Position numbers and translations under genes: made by a program. A stretch of DNA of 64,000 nucleotides from Armatimonadota bacterium. Its GTDB lineage: Bacteria; Armatimonadota; HRBIN16. Below, piece by piece: positions 47,174-57,665 of this stretch. The stretch is from NCBI GenBank assembly GCA_963677485.1, contig OY781964.1, positions 4,352,001-4,416,000 of the forward strand, read 5' to 3'. The notes under the pieces are model-generated. The model did not search any database and was not told where the DNA came from. It saw only the letters and a list, made by a program, of their open reading frames with translations. Numbering within the stretch: position 1 is the stretch's first letter; each line of letters opens with the position of its first letter.

Positions 47174-50100
47174 TCACATATCACTGCTGCGCTTGTTATC
47201 CAATGTCGCCCTGACCAACTGCGCAAGTGATTCATTGGTAAACGGCTTCTGTAGAAATGCTGCATCGTCATCAAGTATGCCATTGTTCGCAATGACATCA
47301 GCCGTATATCCTGACATATAGATTGTTTTGATCGATGGGCGAATATGACGAATTCTATCGTGCAGCTCTTTACCATTCATAACCGGCATGACGACATCTG
47401 TGATAAGGAGGTCTATCCCATCACTGTAACTCTCAGCGATCGATATCGCCTTGTGTGGTTTTGAGGAAGAAAGGACCTGGTATCCGAGCCGTGACAATAT
47501 GGACTCCGCAAGCTGTAAAACCGCCGTTTCATCTTCTACGATCAGTACCGTTTCGTGACCTGTATAGTCAGTAATATGCGGTATCTCAGCCACTTCGATG
47601 GCTGATTCTTGGTTATACCTGGGTATATAGATATTGAAAGTCGATCCACAGCCTGGCTTACTTTTCACGCCAACCATACCACGATTCTGTTTGATAATGC
47701 CATAAACTGTAGCAAGTCCCAGGCCGGTTCCGCGCCCGGACGGTTTGGTGGTGAAGAACGGCTCAAACAGGTTTGTGATGGTGGCATCGTCCATGCCGAT
47801 TCCATTGTCGATGACCTGTATTTTCGCATAATCTCCAGGGACGAAATCTGTGTGAAGGTCACTTTCGGGCTCTTCGAGTGTGCATTGGCAGGTGCTGATC
47901 GTGACATGACCACCGGTGGGTAACGCATCCTTGGCGTTCACAAGCAGGTTGGCCAGTATTTGGTCCAACTGCGAGTTATCCATATGGATCCATAAGGGGC
48001 CAATACAGGGTGTCCATATGAGATTTATGTGTTCGCCAAGCAGCCGTCGAAGCATGTTGAGCATCTGTGGGATAATGCTGTTGACATCAAGAACCTTCGG
48101 GGTGATCACCTGGTTTCTTGAAAATGCAAGTAGCTGGTTAGTGAGTTCTGCTGAACGCTGGCCGGCTTTATGAATCTCATTGATATCATCATAGATTGGG
48201 TCGGAGGGGGAGAGCTGCTTCATGGCGATATCGGCATACCCAAGAATGACGCTCAGCATGTTATTGAAGTCATGCGCCACGCCTCCCGCAAGCCGACCTA
48301 TTGCATCCATTTTTTGAACCTGCCTAAGCTGCAGTTCCATCGCAGCGCGTTGGTTTTCGGCTGTTTTTGCTTCAATCATGTATCCGATGAGCTGTGCAGC
48401 AGAGTGTAGACGTTGTTTGGCCATTTCTACTATGTATGTTGGACGAGTGTCATATGCGGCTGCTTCCTTCTGAAGCTCACTCAAGTCGAGTTTGAGATCA
48501 TCAGCTAGTTTCGTCAGCACCTCGATGTCTCTCGGAGGGTCACCATACCCCATGCAGATAGCACCTATGGCTTGACTGCTGGCAAACACGGGAACACTAA
48601 AAACCTGCAATCCGCACCTGCATGGTGCATCCTGAGGTTGACCAGTCTTCATCGTTTGACGCGATACCATACGAATGTTAAAGCTGCAGACACCCATATT
48701 CGGCGCATCTTGATGCATCCGGCTGGCTGGGATGGTGTTGATCAGACGTGACCAACCTGATGCGATGGCATTCAGCACGCAAGCACCGGAATCTTCGTAG
48801 ATGGTGATCGAGGTGCCAAGTAAATCGAGCACATCGCTGACGATTGCCACTAAGGTATGGTGCGAAATCGAGCGTGTGATGATTCCAGATTGGTCGCCCC
48901 CATTCTCATCGGATGGGTATGGCTCATGTTCATACTGTTGGCCGGTCGGTTGTTTAGATAGCATCCATTCGATGCGTTTTAGCCGCTCTTCTGCCTGCTT
49001 TCGTTCGGTGACATCAATGAAAACTGTAGAAAAATAACCAGGACGCGGGCAGCCGACCGTGACTTGCAGGTGCTTATTCCCAGGTGCGAAATAGCCTTCA
49101 AAACTGCCAGGATACCCAGTTTTGGCCACTTTTGCATAGATGCCGAAAAATGGGATATCGGTGGAGCCATAAACCTCAGAGGCCCGTTTACCGACGACAT
49201 CGGAGATGTCGACACCAAGAATCCGGCCGAAGGCTGGATTCGCTTCCCATATGCGGTAATCAACAGCGATACCGTCTTCATATAAAACTTCATTAAGACA
49301 GCTTCCAGATGCCATGTTTTCGAATAATGCCCGGTACTTTTGTTCACTGTCCCGTAGTTGCTGCTCCGCGAGGCGCTCACTTGTCTGATCATGAAACACC
49401 AGAACCACACCGGTCACTTCGCCAGCCTGGTTGCGAATGGGGGCTCCACTATCTGCGATGGCCCTCTGTGTTCCGTCTTTGGCGATCAACAATGTGTGGT
49501 TAGCAAGCCCGACGACTGTACCTTCTTTCATGACACGTACCGACGGGTCTTCGACCGGGGCTAGTGTTTCTTCGCTGATGACGTTGAAAACCTCGGTGAG
49601 TTTCCGTCCATGTGCTTCATCAAATGTCCAGTCGGTCAGGGATTCGGCGACACTATTCATCAGCAGTATGTGGCCCGATGCGTCTGTGGTTATGACCGCA
49701 TCTCCGATGCTGTATAGAGTAGTGCGGAACTGTTCGCGGCTTTCAGATATCTCTTTCATGTATCGGTCATTTGTGAGTTGATCCGACAGTATTTTTCCGA
49801 CCAAAATCGTGGCCAGCGGATATATCAGTATCACGGGCAGAGCTATTTCACTAAGTGCTTTCATTGCGACACCAAACGGCAGTGTCAACATAAGAATCAG
49901 CATGAAGATATGCACGACGATACCGAATTTCCACAAGGTGATAAGTCTAAACTGCTGGGCTTTGTGTTGTAGGTTGTAGTGATACATCAAGCCTATAAGA
50001 GACGATGAAAGTATTACAGAGATACCTGTGAGTGTCCCAATACCTCCTTGGAAATACCGCAGCACGATGGCAATGGTGGAGGTAATACCCACAGCGACGG

Positions 50101-50329
50101 GACCGAAAAACAAGGCGCAAAGACTGATAATGACAGAACGCCCATCGAAGAACAGTCCGGGGGTGATCTCAAGGGGCTTGATCATGCCTATTACGACAGT
50201 CACGCCGAATAGAAGGCCCTGAAGCAGTTCATGGCGGGTGCTGCTGGAGGAGTTCCTCCTAATGAACCCGGAGACTATGCTTAATGCGATTAACAGGGCA
50301 AGGTTATAAATCAAGTCCAGATAGATCAT
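47174..50329 (-). CDS. Hybrid sensor histidine kinase (5TM-LytS-type input, 2 PAS, PocR-like, HisKA, HATPase, receiver)
   Basis: FFDGRS 5TM motif, SIGDAVITTD PAS, LAGGVAHDFNNML, NAKDA, FEPFFTTK..G.GTGLGL, and receiver VEDE...TDVVMP...KPF. Confidence 0.93.
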   Translation of the reverse strand: MIYLDLIYNLALLIALSIVSGFIRRNSSSSTRHELLQGLLFGVTVVIGMIKPLEITPGLFFDGRSVIISLCALFFGPVAVGITSTIAIVLRYFQGGIGTLTGISVILSSSLIGLMYHYNLQHKAQQFRLITLWKFGIVVHIFMLILMLTLPFGVAMKALSEIALPVILIYPLATILVGKILSDQLTNDRYMKEISESREQFRTTLYSIGDAVITTDASGHILLMNSVAESLTDWTFDEAHGRKLTEVFNVISEETLAPVEDPSVRVMKEGTVVGLANHTLLIAKDGTQRAIADSGAPIRNQAGEVTGVVLVFHDQTSERLAEQQLRDSEQKYRALFENMASGSCLNEVLYEDGIAVDYRIWEANPAFGRILGVDISDVVGKRASEVYGSTDIPFFGIYAKVAKTGYPGSFEGYFAPGNKHLQVTVGCPRPGYFSTVFIDVTERKQAEERLKRIEWMLSKQPTGQQYEHEPYPSDENGGDQSGIITRSISHHTLVAIVSDVLDLLGTSITIYEDSGACVLNAIASGWSRLINTIPASRMHQDAPNMGVCSFNIRMVSRQTMKTGQPQDAPCRCGLQVFSVPVFASSQAIGAICMGYGDPPRDIEVLTKLADDLKLDLSELQKEAAAYDTRPTYIVEMAKQRLHSAAQLIGYMIEAKTAENQRAAMELQLRQVQKMDAIGRLAGGVAHDFNNMLSVILGYADIAMKQLSPSDPIYDDINEIHKAGQRSAELTNQLLAFSRNQVITPKVLDVNSIIPQMLNMLRRLLGEHINLIWTPCIGPLWIHMDNSQLDQILANLLVNAKDALPTGGHVTISTCQCTLEEPESDLHTDFVPGDYAKIQVIDNGIGMDDATITNLFEPFFTTKPSGRGTGLGLATVYGIIKQNRGMVGVKSKPGCGSTFNIYIPRYNQESAIEVAEIPHITDYTGHETVLIVEDETAVLQLAESILSRLGYQVLSSSKPHKAISIAESYSDGIDLLITDVVMPVMNGKELHDRIRHIRPSIKTIYMSGYTADVIANNGILDDDAAFLQKPFTNESLAQLVRATLDNKRSSDM

Positions 50330-50530
50330 GTCATCTTCTCTTTTCGGCGTGATATCGCATGGCAGGCGTTATCAATGTTGTAGAAGCCAGGCACAAGGGT
50401 GTGCGGAATCAGCACTGTGCATAAACACCATTCCACATTCAGCATGACACAAACATCACATATCGTAAAGTGCCGTCAGGTACACCATCTATATCCTCAT
50501 TCAGTGCAGGAACAGCCACATACGCGGTGA

Positions 50531-51991
50531 TCACCAGATGCTGCCCATTTCCCACACTTTAAGTTGCTTGATGACGGCTCCACCATGAAGAACAGCGGAT
50601 ATTCCGGTAGCCTCAACATCGACAGGTATGTGTGCTGAGATGCAAGCCGTGTCATCAATGTAAAGCTCACCGATGCAGCCATCGATGAATAATCGCAGAG
50701 TGATTTCGCGGTTACTTTTCAATGTGATAGGCGCATGGCTGCCGTTGAACTCGATTGATTTGCTCACTGAAGATATTCGGACAGGCAAGTATCGACCACC
50801 GTCCGAACTCCTGGACGCGCGCAACTCCAGCTCACTGTTTTCAGGAAGATTGCAGTGCAACTCAACTTCGATATGTAAACCAGACTGTGGTAGGATGACA
50901 GCTTCAGAGTTTTGGACCTCGAGATCACTCATCGCCAGTTCATGTATTCGAAGTTTCGTGATTTCATCAACCGGCTTGAAGCGCAGTTTGTCGTCGTCGC
51001 CCAGAGAGACCACTCGGGGAAGGCTCATCGCATGGCTCCACTTAGATTCCAACGGGCGGTCTGCCAATATCCATCCCCATAGGATTCGGCGGCTTTGGGG
51101 GTCTTCAAAACTGCTGGGTGCGTAGTAGTTCGTTGGTCCACCGTGGTCCACCGTCTGCCAACTTTCTGGCTCAAATTTGTTGCTATTATACTGACCGACG
51201 GCATATTGAACCTCACCACGCAACGCGGCGATGTTGCTGAATAAGGGTGAGACAATGAGCACATGCTTTCGTCGGCGGGCCTTGTTAGTGAGTGAGAAGA
51301 AGGCGGGACATTCCCATTGGAAGCAATGCTCACCCATACCTTCGCACATCGGACCCAGGAACTCCCAAACCCGCAAATCTCTGGATTTGTAGAGCATTAC
51401 GGTGCCGTTCTTGGTCTTATATCCAGATCCAATCAGGATCCGATAGCCATCGGGATCCTTCCAGATACACGGGTCGCGGAAGCCGTCACCCAATCCTGCG
51501 ATGTCGGGCCTGTGAGCGATGACAGGGTTGCCCGGGTGTTTTGTCCATACCTTCATCTCATCATTACTAGTCGCCAGGCACTGTGTTTGCCCCGCGGGGC
51601 CGACCCCTGTGTATACGATGGTGGGCACACCGTTATGAATGACACAACAGCCAGACGCGACACCCTCGATATCATACTCGTGCGGTCCGGGCATCAACGC
51701 GATGGGTTCATGACGCCAGTGAACCATATCTGAGCTGGAAACATGCCCCCATGCCGGGTAGATGTCCTTGTTGATCCCCCAATATGGGTGGTGCTGGAAG
51801 AACAAGTGATATCGTCCTTTGTGCCACACAGGACCGTTTGGGTCGTTCATGAACCGAGCCGCGGGTGTGACATGGTAAATTGGGTGAGCGGGGTCTTTGG
51901 ACACTGTTCCGGCGGCTTCCGAAACAAGCTGATCTGCCACAGTAATGGAAGTAAGGTGGCCTTCGTTAAGCTGTGCTTCTGTGAGTTCCAT
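50531..51991 (-). CDS. Glycoside hydrolase family 32 (beta-fructofuranosidase-like)
   Basis: Catalytic motifs FMNDPNG, WGH, FRDP and WECP. No signal peptide. Confidence 0.95.
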   Translation of the reverse strand: MELTEAQLNEGHLTSITVADQLVSEAAGTVSKDPAHPIYHVTPAARFMNDPNGPVWHKGRYHLFFQHHPYWGINKDIYPAWGHVSSSDMVHWRHEPIALMPGPHEYDIEGVASGCCVIHNGVPTIVYTGVGPAGQTQCLATSNDEMKVWTKHPGNPVIAHRPDIAGLGDGFRDPCIWKDPDGYRILIGSGYKTKNGTVMLYKSRDLRVWEFLGPMCEGMGEHCFQWECPAFFSLTNKARRRKHVLIVSPLFSNIAALRGEVQYAVGQYNSNKFEPESWQTVDHGGPTNYYAPSSFEDPQSRRILWGWILADRPLESKWSHAMSLPRVVSLGDDDKLRFKPVDEITKLRIHELAMSDLEVQNSEAVILPQSGLHIEVELHCNLPENSELELRASRSSDGGRYLPVRISSVSKSIEFNGSHAPITLKSNREITLRLFIDGCIGELYIDDTACISAHIPVDVEATGISAVLHGGAVIKQLKVWEMGSIW

Positions 51992-52149
51992 ATCTGGTCT
52001 CCTGCGAACGACTATTCATATGCAGTATATGGTTCGATGTTGGCCATGCGGATTCCTTGTTGAATCATTAGTATACTGAGAGCCGGTATCTTTGCATCGG
52101 GCATAATGTATATGTAGTTATAGAATCAGAATGCGATGAGAGGTATATC

Positions 52150-53373
52150 ATGGTTCCGGTAGAACAACAGCTCGCGACGCTTATGCGTGGTGTGGCGCAC
52201 TTCATTCCCGAGGATGAGCTCAAAACAAAGCTCGAAAAATCGCTTGCAACAGGTAAGCCGTTACGCGTGAAGCTGGGACTAGACCCTACAGCACCTGACA
52301 TTCACCTTGGCTTTGCTGTGGTGCTGCGTAAACTGCGGCAGTTTCAGGATTATGGGCACATTGCTTGTCTGGTGATCGGCGACTTCACTGCGATGATCGG
52401 CGATCCAACCGGCAAGAGCAAGACCCGTCCGCAGCTCTCACGCGAGCAGGTGCTCGAAAATGCTAAGACATATCAGAACCAGCTTTTCCGCATTCTAGAT
52501 CAGACGAAGACTGAGATTACCTTCAATGGTGACTGGCTAGGCAAAATGGACTTCGCCTCTGTCATTCAACTTGCCAGCCGAACCACTGTCGCCAGGATAC
52601 TCGAGCGAGATGACTTTACAAAGCGGCTAGAGGAGAACCGTCCACTGGGGCTGCATGAGATACTATACCCTCTTTGTCAGGGCTACGACAGCGTAGCGAT
52701 CCATTCCGACATCGAGATGGGTGGTACCGACCAGATGTTCAACAACCTGGTGGGACGCGACCTGCAGCGCGAATACGGACAGGAGCCTCAGAGTGTTTTA
52801 GCGATGCCTTTGCTGGTGGGTCTTGATGGCACCGAAAAGATGAGTAAATCCCTTGGAAACTATATAGGGATTTATGACGAACCTCAGCAACAGTACGGTA
52901 AAGTCATGTCGATTCCTGATCACGCCATAAGTATGTATTACGAACTCTGCACCGATGTGCCTATGGATGAGGTCTCTGTGATGTTGGCTGCGATGGCGGA
53001 CGGTAGTCTCAACCCGATGGTAGCCAAACGACGGTTGGGCCGCGAGATTGTAAGCATCTATCACGGTAAAGAGGCTGGGGACGCTGCGGAAGCGGAGTTT
53101 ACGCGTGTCTTTAGCAAGAAGGAAATACCGCAAGATATGCCTGAGATGCGCATCCCTGCCGATATCATAGCTGATGGCAAAGTGTGGCTGCCTAAGCTTC
53201 TTCACGGCCTGGGGCTAGTGAAGAGTAACGGTGAAGCCCGCCGTATGATTCAGCAAGGTGGGGTATCTATCAATGACCTAAAGATGACTGACGATAAGGT
53301 TGAACTTGACGCAGCGGCATTGGCAGGAGCAGTCATCAGGGTGGGTAAGCTGCGATTCGCTCGCATTGTTTAG
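52150..53373 (+). CDS. tyrS: Tyrosine--tRNA ligase
   Basis: KLGLDPTAPDIHLG (HIGH-like), IGDPTGK, QGYDS, GGTDQ, KMSKS, and a C-terminal S4 domain. Confidence 0.98.
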   Translation: MVPVEQQLATLMRGVAHFIPEDELKTKLEKSLATGKPLRVKLGLDPTAPDIHLGFAVVLRKLRQFQDYGHIACLVIGDFTAMIGDPTGKSKTRPQLSREQVLENAKTYQNQLFRILDQTKTEITFNGDWLGKMDFASVIQLASRTTVARILERDDFTKRLEENRPLGLHEILYPLCQGYDSVAIHSDIEMGGTDQMFNNLVGRDLQREYGQEPQSVLAMPLLVGLDGTEKMSKSLGNYIGIYDEPQQQYGKVMSIPDHAISMYYELCTDVPMDEVSVMLAAMADGSLNPMVAKRRLGREIVSIYHGKEAGDAAEAEFTRVFSKKEIPQDMPEMRIPADIIADGKVWLPKLLHGLGLVKSNGEARRMIQQGGVSINDLKMTDDKVELDAAALAGAVIRVGKLRFARIV

Positions 53374-53397
53374 CACCAATTAGTCTCGAAATACGCC

Positions 53398-53430
53398 AAA
53401 AAAGCAGAAGGTTTTACCCTTCTGCTTTTT
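53398..53430 (+). terminator. Intrinsic terminator after tyrS
   Basis: AAAAAAGCAGAAGG-loop-CCTTCTGCTTTTT. Confidence 0.9.
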
Positions 53431-53629
53431 CAGCATTTCTGATCGCCAAGAAGGAAAGCCTGGAGCGCAAATGAGGTATGATTGTTCACAATAAGCCATC
53501 ATAATGGCATACAATCATCCGTTTGCAGAAAACTGATCAGATTTTACCAGAAAAATGCCCAAATCTCATTGCATTGCACGCTACATCAATAGTAAACTGA
53601 ATGCATTACGTCCTTAAGGGAGTGTCATA

Positions 53630-55633
53630 ATGCCGATTAAATGTGCCAGGCTGGTAGGTCTATTTACCGTATTAGCAGTCTTCATGATGGCTACTACGGG
53701 GCCAGCGACCGCTACCACCATAAGCTGGAGCGCACCGACAGAGACAGAGGTCGCGGGCAACGTACCTGTCAGCGCATTCTTGACCTCTACTGTCAACCTA
53801 ATAGGGTCTGAAATTAGAGCTGTCGAACCGGCGAACGCGGTCCATGGTGAGCTTATTACACCTATCACGGGAACCGCTACCTATATCGGCTATATGATGT
53901 CCATGTATTACTACAGCGTGAATACTACTTTGAATTCAAGTGCGTGTCATAATGGCAATATTAACATCAGCATCCGCGTCCAGTCACCGAACGGAACTTG
54001 GGAAGAGTTCATTAAGACTGTGTCAGTCAATAACCTCTATTTCGGAACTGAACCCGGAAAAGAGGCTTTTAGTTGCTTAGGGGACCCCGCCCAAATACCT
54101 GAAACACTTACAGTGTCCATTGGGGGAAAAACACTTACCAACAACCCGATTACAGTTGAGCTGACGATTTATGAAGCCGCCAGTGCAACCGATAATTCGA
54201 CACTCCGACCTCGACTTGCCCGAACGATCTCTCAGTCCATATCGAATCCGGGTAATGTCACATTCAACTGGGACTTCAAAGAGGCTAATGGAAGCCAGTC
54301 TCCACGCGGTTTGTATAGTTATGACATCAAAGCATGGCGAATTGTCAACACTGGCTATGATACGACGTATTTGAGGAGCAGTTCTGTCCATCTGCTCAGG
54401 GCGGTCGATTCAAATGGGCAACAAGTATATGGAGCCGTTTCGAAAGGCATTAACGACAAGAACACCGAGTCCACGACTGACGACGACGAGGAGTTCTTCA
54501 TACGTAGCTATCGGCTGATAGATGCGAGGAACAAGAACGTCGATCGTCTTCATGTCAGTATGTATGACTATTATCTGGCAAAAGTGTATGAAATAGAAAG
54601 TAAAACACTGGATTGCCAGGTCGCCACACACACAGGCTGCCACGGTCTTGGTACACAGGCTTCACCTGGCATGGGGCATGAGATGAAGATACCAGTGCCC
54701 TTGAGTGCCTGTCAAGCAGCCAGTTACTATCGGTTCTTAACCTGGGTAGTAGATGATGATGCGGCATCCGACCGCGTGCATATGGCTCGCCGTACGGTCG
54801 CCATCAACCAGTTTTATGATGACCGTCCGATCCTATATCTTGACACGCCGACTGCAGTGATTGCATATGTTCCGCCTAAACACATGAACAACGTGCGTAA
54901 AGAGATGATGCTGGCAAAACCGCGTACCCTCAACGGTTACCTTGTTAACTGTGATACGTGGGTAGGTGATGCGGCAAATCCCACTGCGTCGTATCTCAGG
55001 ATTGGCACACCCTCTAAAAAAGTCCGAGCCAGTCTTAACGGCGGCCCTGCACCTAGGTATATACCAAGTGGAAAAGGTGAAAGCATGATTGGTGTGTGTA
55101 AGCAGGGAGCGCGTCGAACCGGGGAACCGTTAAGCGACGACACGATGAAAAGATTTAAACGCAGCACTGTAGGATTTGGACAGTACGGTTCTGATGTCCG
55201 TGTTGTGTCTGATATGGCGGCTGAACCTGCCACGTATTCATTTAGGACGAACCTCGGTGCGTTGATATACAATGGTGCCACAATGAATGACGCGAAGGCA
55301 TATTGGTTTCAAGGTGACGAAAGCACCTCACGCAGTGTAGTTGCCTGGAGTGCATTGAAGCAGGGTCGAAGGGCGATGTATCTAGTGGCTTCGAAAGGCA
55401 GTATGACGTGGGCAGGCACTCAAGCCATGCTGCTGAGCATACCTTCAGATATCGCCGCCGGATATAACATGGATGTTCCGGCCATTACGCAGGCTCTGAT
55501 GCTTGATGGAAACATGGCTTCTCAACTTCATTATGGTGCCTACCCACCGTCAGGATATAGAGAAATGCGTGGTATAGGCGACGACAGTATGAAAGTACCT
55601 GATTTTATCGCATTGGAAGGTGCATTTAAATGA
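53630..55633 (+). CDS. Secreted hypothetical protein with an FlgD-like Ig domain and a degenerate phosphodiester-glycosidase (NAGPA)-like C-terminus
   Basis: Signal peptide, FNWDFKEANG..SPRGLYSY, and SRSVVAW...ALMLDGNMASQL...KVPDFI. Confidence 0.6.
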   Translation: MPIKCARLVGLFTVLAVFMMATTGPATATTISWSAPTETEVAGNVPVSAFLTSTVNLIGSEIRAVEPANAVHGELITPITGTATYIGYMMSMYYYSVNTTLNSSACHNGNINISIRVQSPNGTWEEFIKTVSVNNLYFGTEPGKEAFSCLGDPAQIPETLTVSIGGKTLTNNPITVELTIYEAASATDNSTLRPRLARTISQSISNPGNVTFNWDFKEANGSQSPRGLYSYDIKAWRIVNTGYDTTYLRSSSVHLLRAVDSNGQQVYGAVSKGINDKNTESTTDDDEEFFIRSYRLIDARNKNVDRLHVSMYDYYLAKVYEIESKTLDCQVATHTGCHGLGTQASPGMGHEMKIPVPLSACQAASYYRFLTWVVDDDAASDRVHMARRTVAINQFYDDRPILYLDTPTAVIAYVPPKHMNNVRKEMMLAKPRTLNGYLVNCDTWVGDAANPTASYLRIGTPSKKVRASLNGGPAPRYIPSGKGESMIGVCKQGARRTGEPLSDDTMKRFKRSTVGFGQYGSDVRVVSDMAAEPATYSFRTNLGALIYNGATMNDAKAYWFQGDESTSRSVVAWSALKQGRRAMYLVASKGSMTWAGTQAMLLSIPSDIAAGYNMDVPAITQALMLDGNMASQLHYGAYPPSGYREMRGIGDDSMKVPDFIALEGAFK

Positions 55634-57657
55634 TGTGGAAAAGATACGTGACAGACATGGATCTGATGGGAAAACTACTGGCGATGGCGTCAGCGATTGT
55701 GTTCTGCTCATCCTGTACATCGACGCGGGCGATATCGACACCTTTGTGTACTGTTACATGGGGCTCGACGAGTGGTCTGCAGCACATCAATACCTGCGCG
55801 GCACCTGATGGTATTTACGTATACGGCGACAGCACTGATGTTTATTCTGGTGACGGTATGGGTGGTGGTGATCTGCAACGCGATGTATGGGTAACAAAAT
55901 ATGACACTAACGCTCAGCAATCTTGGACACGAAAGATCGGTACGGATCAACCTGAAACGATCCATACAGCGGATACAAGTGCTAGTGGCGACTTGATTTT
56001 AGTCGGTGAGACTAACGGTAGCCTTTATGCTTCGAATACTGGTGGAAGCAACGTGTTCGCTGTATGTTATAACTCTGCTGGCACTGCGAAATGGTCAAGG
56101 CAGATTGATATCCCAAATTGTAGTGCTAGCAATTTGTTGATATCGTCTGATACGGCAAATTTACTGGTACATAATGATATCGGGCAATTGCGGCTTATCA
56201 AGCTGTCAGTATCCACAGGGCAGATATTATCGGATACCAGTATCGACAATCTGCCTCATCCGACTGGTTCTGCTATAAGTTATGCATATTACAACCAATA
56301 TGGAACTATTAATTACATCTACGATACCCAATCGGAACCCATGACGATTTCTGACTGGAAATATGCCTATTATGATTCAGCGGGTATTCAGCACACAGTC
56401 GACATACCGTTAATGCAGGGAGCCAGTGTGTGTATCAATCAACCAAACCATACTTTGTCTATCGATGCACCTGAAGTTGCCCTTAAAAACGATCGGATAT
56501 CGATGGTAGTGAAGGGGCGGTTACAACACTCACACGCAGCGGGGATTTACACGACTAATGTGGTTTCACTGGTTAGTATTTCCTCATCTGGTCATGTGGC
56601 AGTATGCAGTTTTGACGAGAATGAAATGCCTAGAAAGGCCTCAGGACACATCGATTCTAATGGCGATCTATGGACAGGTTGGGATCGTGTCGGGAATGTT
56701 TATGATGAGTCCACTTCGGCTGAGAACTTCTGCTTGTATGGGTCGGGTAATCCCGATTATTACGAAGCAAAATCGGCGTACAAGGTGATCCAATATTCGC
56801 AAGGACTTTCATCCAAAGTTTTTGAGGGTGATGTCACAGTGACACTGCCCAGTGGAATAACGGCCGATACAGGAGAGCTTGTCCATATAGGAAGCTCATT
56901 ATACTGGGTGGCTCATGTAAACCGTATAGTCAATGATGTTGCCGAATCCGGTGTGATGGTGTATAAATTCGACGCTATTGCCACGCCAACCTACAGTTTG
57001 GCATCAGGCACCTATACCGGCACCCAGAGTGTTTCGATTTCCTGTTCGACCACTGGTGCGCAAATCCGATATACCACCGACGGCAGCGAGCCAACAGAAA
57101 CCAGCTCGTTGTATACAGGCCCCATTAGTATTGGCACTAACAAGACAGTCAAGTCACGCGCATTTGTCACTGGCATGGTGCCAAGTTTGCGGGCTGATGC
57201 TGTGTATGTCATTCGCAAGACGATATCCGGAAGTCTGACACTCGGGAACTACTCTGGCCTTCGCACTGGCTTAGTAGCGACCATCGTGCTGAGGCGGTCT
57301 GACGGCACCGTGCTGCAGACCAGCAGTGCCACCTTAGATGCTAATGGTGCTTATAGTCTTCTCACAGAGTATGAGGGAGCCATGGACATACTCATTAGGG
57401 TTCCGCGCTGGCTGCGCAAGAAAAGCAGTATCACTGTTTCAGGCAACACAACGGTGAATATGAGCCTGAAAAATGGCGATGCCGATGGTAGTAACTCCGT
57501 CAATCTATTCGACTATGTCGTGTTAGATAATGCATATGGTACACGGCCTGGTGATCCCACTTGGAACCAGATGGCTGATCTTGACGGCGGCAACACAGTG
57601 AATAGTTTCGACTACACGATCATCGACATGAACTTTAACGGACAAGGCGACAACTAG
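55630..57657 (+). CDS. Secreted protein: SBBP-like beta-propeller, chitobiase/Fn3-associated domain, Ig-like + dockerin-like tail
   Basis: DVWVTKYD...W.R.IG and VGETNGSL repeats, IRYTTDGSEPT..S.LYTGPI, and GDADGSNSVNLFDY / ADLDGGNTVNSFDY. ATGA-coupled to the upstream gene. Confidence 0.8.
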   Translation: MMWKRYVTDMDLMGKLLAMASAIVFCSSCTSTRAISTPLCTVTWGSTSGLQHINTCAAPDGIYVYGDSTDVYSGDGMGGGDLQRDVWVTKYDTNAQQSWTRKIGTDQPETIHTADTSASGDLILVGETNGSLYASNTGGSNVFAVCYNSAGTAKWSRQIDIPNCSASNLLISSDTANLLVHNDIGQLRLIKLSVSTGQILSDTSIDNLPHPTGSAISYAYYNQYGTINYIYDTQSEPMTISDWKYAYYDSAGIQHTVDIPLMQGASVCINQPNHTLSIDAPEVALKNDRISMVVKGRLQHSHAAGIYTTNVVSLVSISSSGHVAVCSFDENEMPRKASGHIDSNGDLWTGWDRVGNVYDESTSAENFCLYGSGNPDYYEAKSAYKVIQYSQGLSSKVFEGDVTVTLPSGITADTGELVHIGSSLYWVAHVNRIVNDVAESGVMVYKFDAIATPTYSLASGTYTGTQSVSISCSTTGAQIRYTTDGSEPTETSSLYTGPISIGTNKTVKSRAFVTGMVPSLRADAVYVIRKTISGSLTLGNYSGLRTGLVATIVLRRSDGTVLQTSSATLDANGAYSLLTEYEGAMDILIRVPRWLRKKSSITVSGNTTVNMSLKNGDADGSNSVNLFDYVVLDNAYGTRPGDPTWNQMADLDGGNTVNSFDYTIIDMNFNGQGDN

Positions 57658-57665
57658 GGAGTATC

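Noticed and set aside
51992-52149. T-box riboswitch upstream of tyrS
   Set aside because: The region is short and shared with a divergent gene, with no T-box consensus or leader terminator.
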